NCBI RefSeq assembly: GCF_963921235.1
Contig: NC_086097.1
Location: forward strand, 244,716,001 to 244,780,000
Direction: 5' to 3'
DNA from: Mobula hypostoma
Taxonomy: Eukaryota
Length of the DNA: 64,000 nucleotides
In this document: positions 62,140 through 64,000 of the stretch, piece by piece
How the letters are laid out: every line of letters begins with the position of its first letter
Position numbering within the stretch: position 1 is the first letter of the stretch
Notes under the pieces: generated by a model
Databases searched by the model: none
What the model was told of the DNA's origin: nothing
The model's input: only the letters and a program-made list of their open reading frames with translations
Made by a program: the position numbers and the translations under genes

Positions 62140-64000
62140 AAAACATAGAACATAGAAAATCTACAGCACGATACAGGTCCTTTGGCCCACAATGCTGTAC
62201 CAAACATGTACTTATTTTAGAAGTTACCTAAGGTTACCAATAGCCCTCTATTTTTCTAAACTCCATGTACCTATCCAGGAGTCTCTTAAAAGACCTGATT
62301 GTATCCGCCTCCACCACCGTTGCTGGCTGCCCATTCCATGCTGTCACCACCCTCTGCCTTAAAAAAAACACTTTCCCCGACATCCTCTGTACTTACTTCC
62401 AAGCATCTTAAAACTCTGCCCTCTCGTGTTAGCCATTTCAAGCCTGGCAAAAAACCTCTGACTATCCACACGATCAATGCCTCTCATCATCTTATACACC
62501 TCTATCAGGTGACCTCTCAACCTCCATCGCTCAAAGAAGAAAAGGCCAAGTTCACTCAACCTATTCTCTTAAGGCGTGCTCCCTAATCCAGGCAACATCC
62601 TTGTAAATCTCCTCTGCACCCTTTCTATAGTTTCCACATCCCTCCTGTAGTGAGGTGACCAGAACTGAGCACAGTACTCCAAGTGGGGTCTGACCAGGGT
62701 CCTATGTAGCTGTAACATTACCTCTCGGCTCTTAAAATTAATCCCATGGTTGATGAAGGCCAATACACCCTATGCCCTTCCTAACCACAGAGTCAACCTG
62801 TGCAGCAGCTTTAAGTATCCTATGGACTCAGACCCCAAGATCTCTCTGATCCTCCACGCTGCCAAGAGTCTTACCATTAATACTATATTCTGCCATCTTA
62901 TTTGACCTACCAAAATGAACCACCTTACACTTATCTGGGTTGAACTCCATCTGCCACTTGTCAGCCCGGTTTTGCATCCTGTCAATGTACCACTGTAACC
63001 TCTGACAGCCCTCCACTCTATCCACAACACCTCCAACATTCGTGTCATCAGCAAATTTACCAACCCAACTCTCCACTTCTTCATCCAGGTCATTTATAAA
63101 ACTCTCCAAGAGAAGTGGTCCCAGAACAGATCCCCGAGGCACACCACTGGTCACCGACCTCAATGCAGAATATGACCCGTCTACAGCCACTTTTCACTCT
63201 TTGCCTTCTGTGGGCCAGCCAATTCTGAATCCACAAGGCAATGTCCCCTTGGATCCCATGCCTCCTTACTTTCTCAATAAGCCTTGCATGGGGTACCTTA
63301 TCAGATGGCTTGCTGAAATCCATATTTACTGCTCTATCTTCATCAACGTATTTAGTCACATCCTCAAAAAATTGAATCAGGTTTGTAAGGCACGGGCTGC
63401 CTTTGACCAAACCATGCTGACTACTCCTAATCATATTATGCCTCTCCAAACGTTCATAAATCCTGCCTCTCAGGATCTTTTCCATCAAATTATCAACCAC
63501 TGACGTAAGACTCAGTGGTCTATAATTTCCTAGGCTATCTCTACTCCCTTTCTTGAATAAGAGAACAACATCTGCAATCCTCCAGTCCTCTGGAACCTCT
63601 CCCGTCCCCATTGATGATGCAAAGATCATCGCCAGAGGCTCAGCAGTCTCTTTCCTCGCCTCCCAAAGTAGCCTGGGGTACAACTCGTCTGGTACTGGTG
63701 ACTTATCCAACTTGATGCTTTTCAAAAGCTCCAGCACATCCTCTTTCTTAATGTCTATATGCTCAAGCTTTTCATTCCGCTGTAAGTCATCCCTACAATT
63801 GCCAAGATTCTTTTCTGTAGTGAATACTGAAGCAAAGTAGTCATTAAGTACCTTTGCTCTCTCCTCGAGTTCCATTCACACTTTTCCACTGTCACACTTG
63901 ATTGGTCCTATTCTCTCATGTTTTATCCTCTTGCTCTTGTAGAATGCCTTGGGGTTTTCCTTAATCCTGTCCGCCAAAGCCTTCTCATGGCCCTTTCTGG
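62140..64000 (-). mobile_element. CR1 LINE ORF2 (RT to 3' end), frameshifted; continues off the window
   Basis: ORFs 63090-63875, 62828-63190 (GVPRGSVLGP...KFADDT) and 62569-62763. Tail is aaacatagaacatagaaa. Confidence 0.92.

Noticed and set aside
63090..63875. Longest ORFs (261 aa; also 43368-44024, 40116-40724, 50068-50793) as host genes or active RTs
   Set aside because: They are frameshifted or truncated CR1 and Penelope fragments; no complete ORF2 is present in the window.
1..64000. CRISPR array or prokaryotic operon/defence system
   Set aside because: No regularly spaced repeats and no gene-dense coding. The sequence is a vertebrate intron and all RT motifs belong to eukaryotic retroelements.

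Overview
Eukaryotic genomic DNA, most likely from a cartilaginous fish (ray or shark). This taxon call is inferred from the CR1, Rex1, Penelope and V-SINE repeat complement. The window lies inside the CLASP2 gene (+ strand) and spans essentially one 56-kb intron. It holds the last alpha-specific coding exon (3283-3353), a gamma-type alternative first exon (MPTGD, 28780-28795), a beta-type alternative first exon (MRRLICKRICA, 59138-59171) and the first common exon (DKSFDDEESVDG, 59539-59670). All three upstream exons splice in phase 1 to the same acceptor, and both internal first exons sit in transposon-poor islands. Most of the remainder is decayed, deeply nested mobile DNA: CR1, Rex1 and RTE LINEs, Penelope-like elements with minimal hammerhead ribozymes, a PNMA-gag Gypsy provirus, hAT, Tigger and Tc1 derivatives, and SINEs. 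One insert appears to be an ITS2/28S pre-rRNA-LINE-tail chimera inside a Tigger MITE inside a Gypsy LTR. Nearly all ORFs in the supplied track are TE remnants or noise. Protein and TE family assignments come from recalled motifs, not database searches. TE boundaries without a quoted TSD or TIR are approximate.
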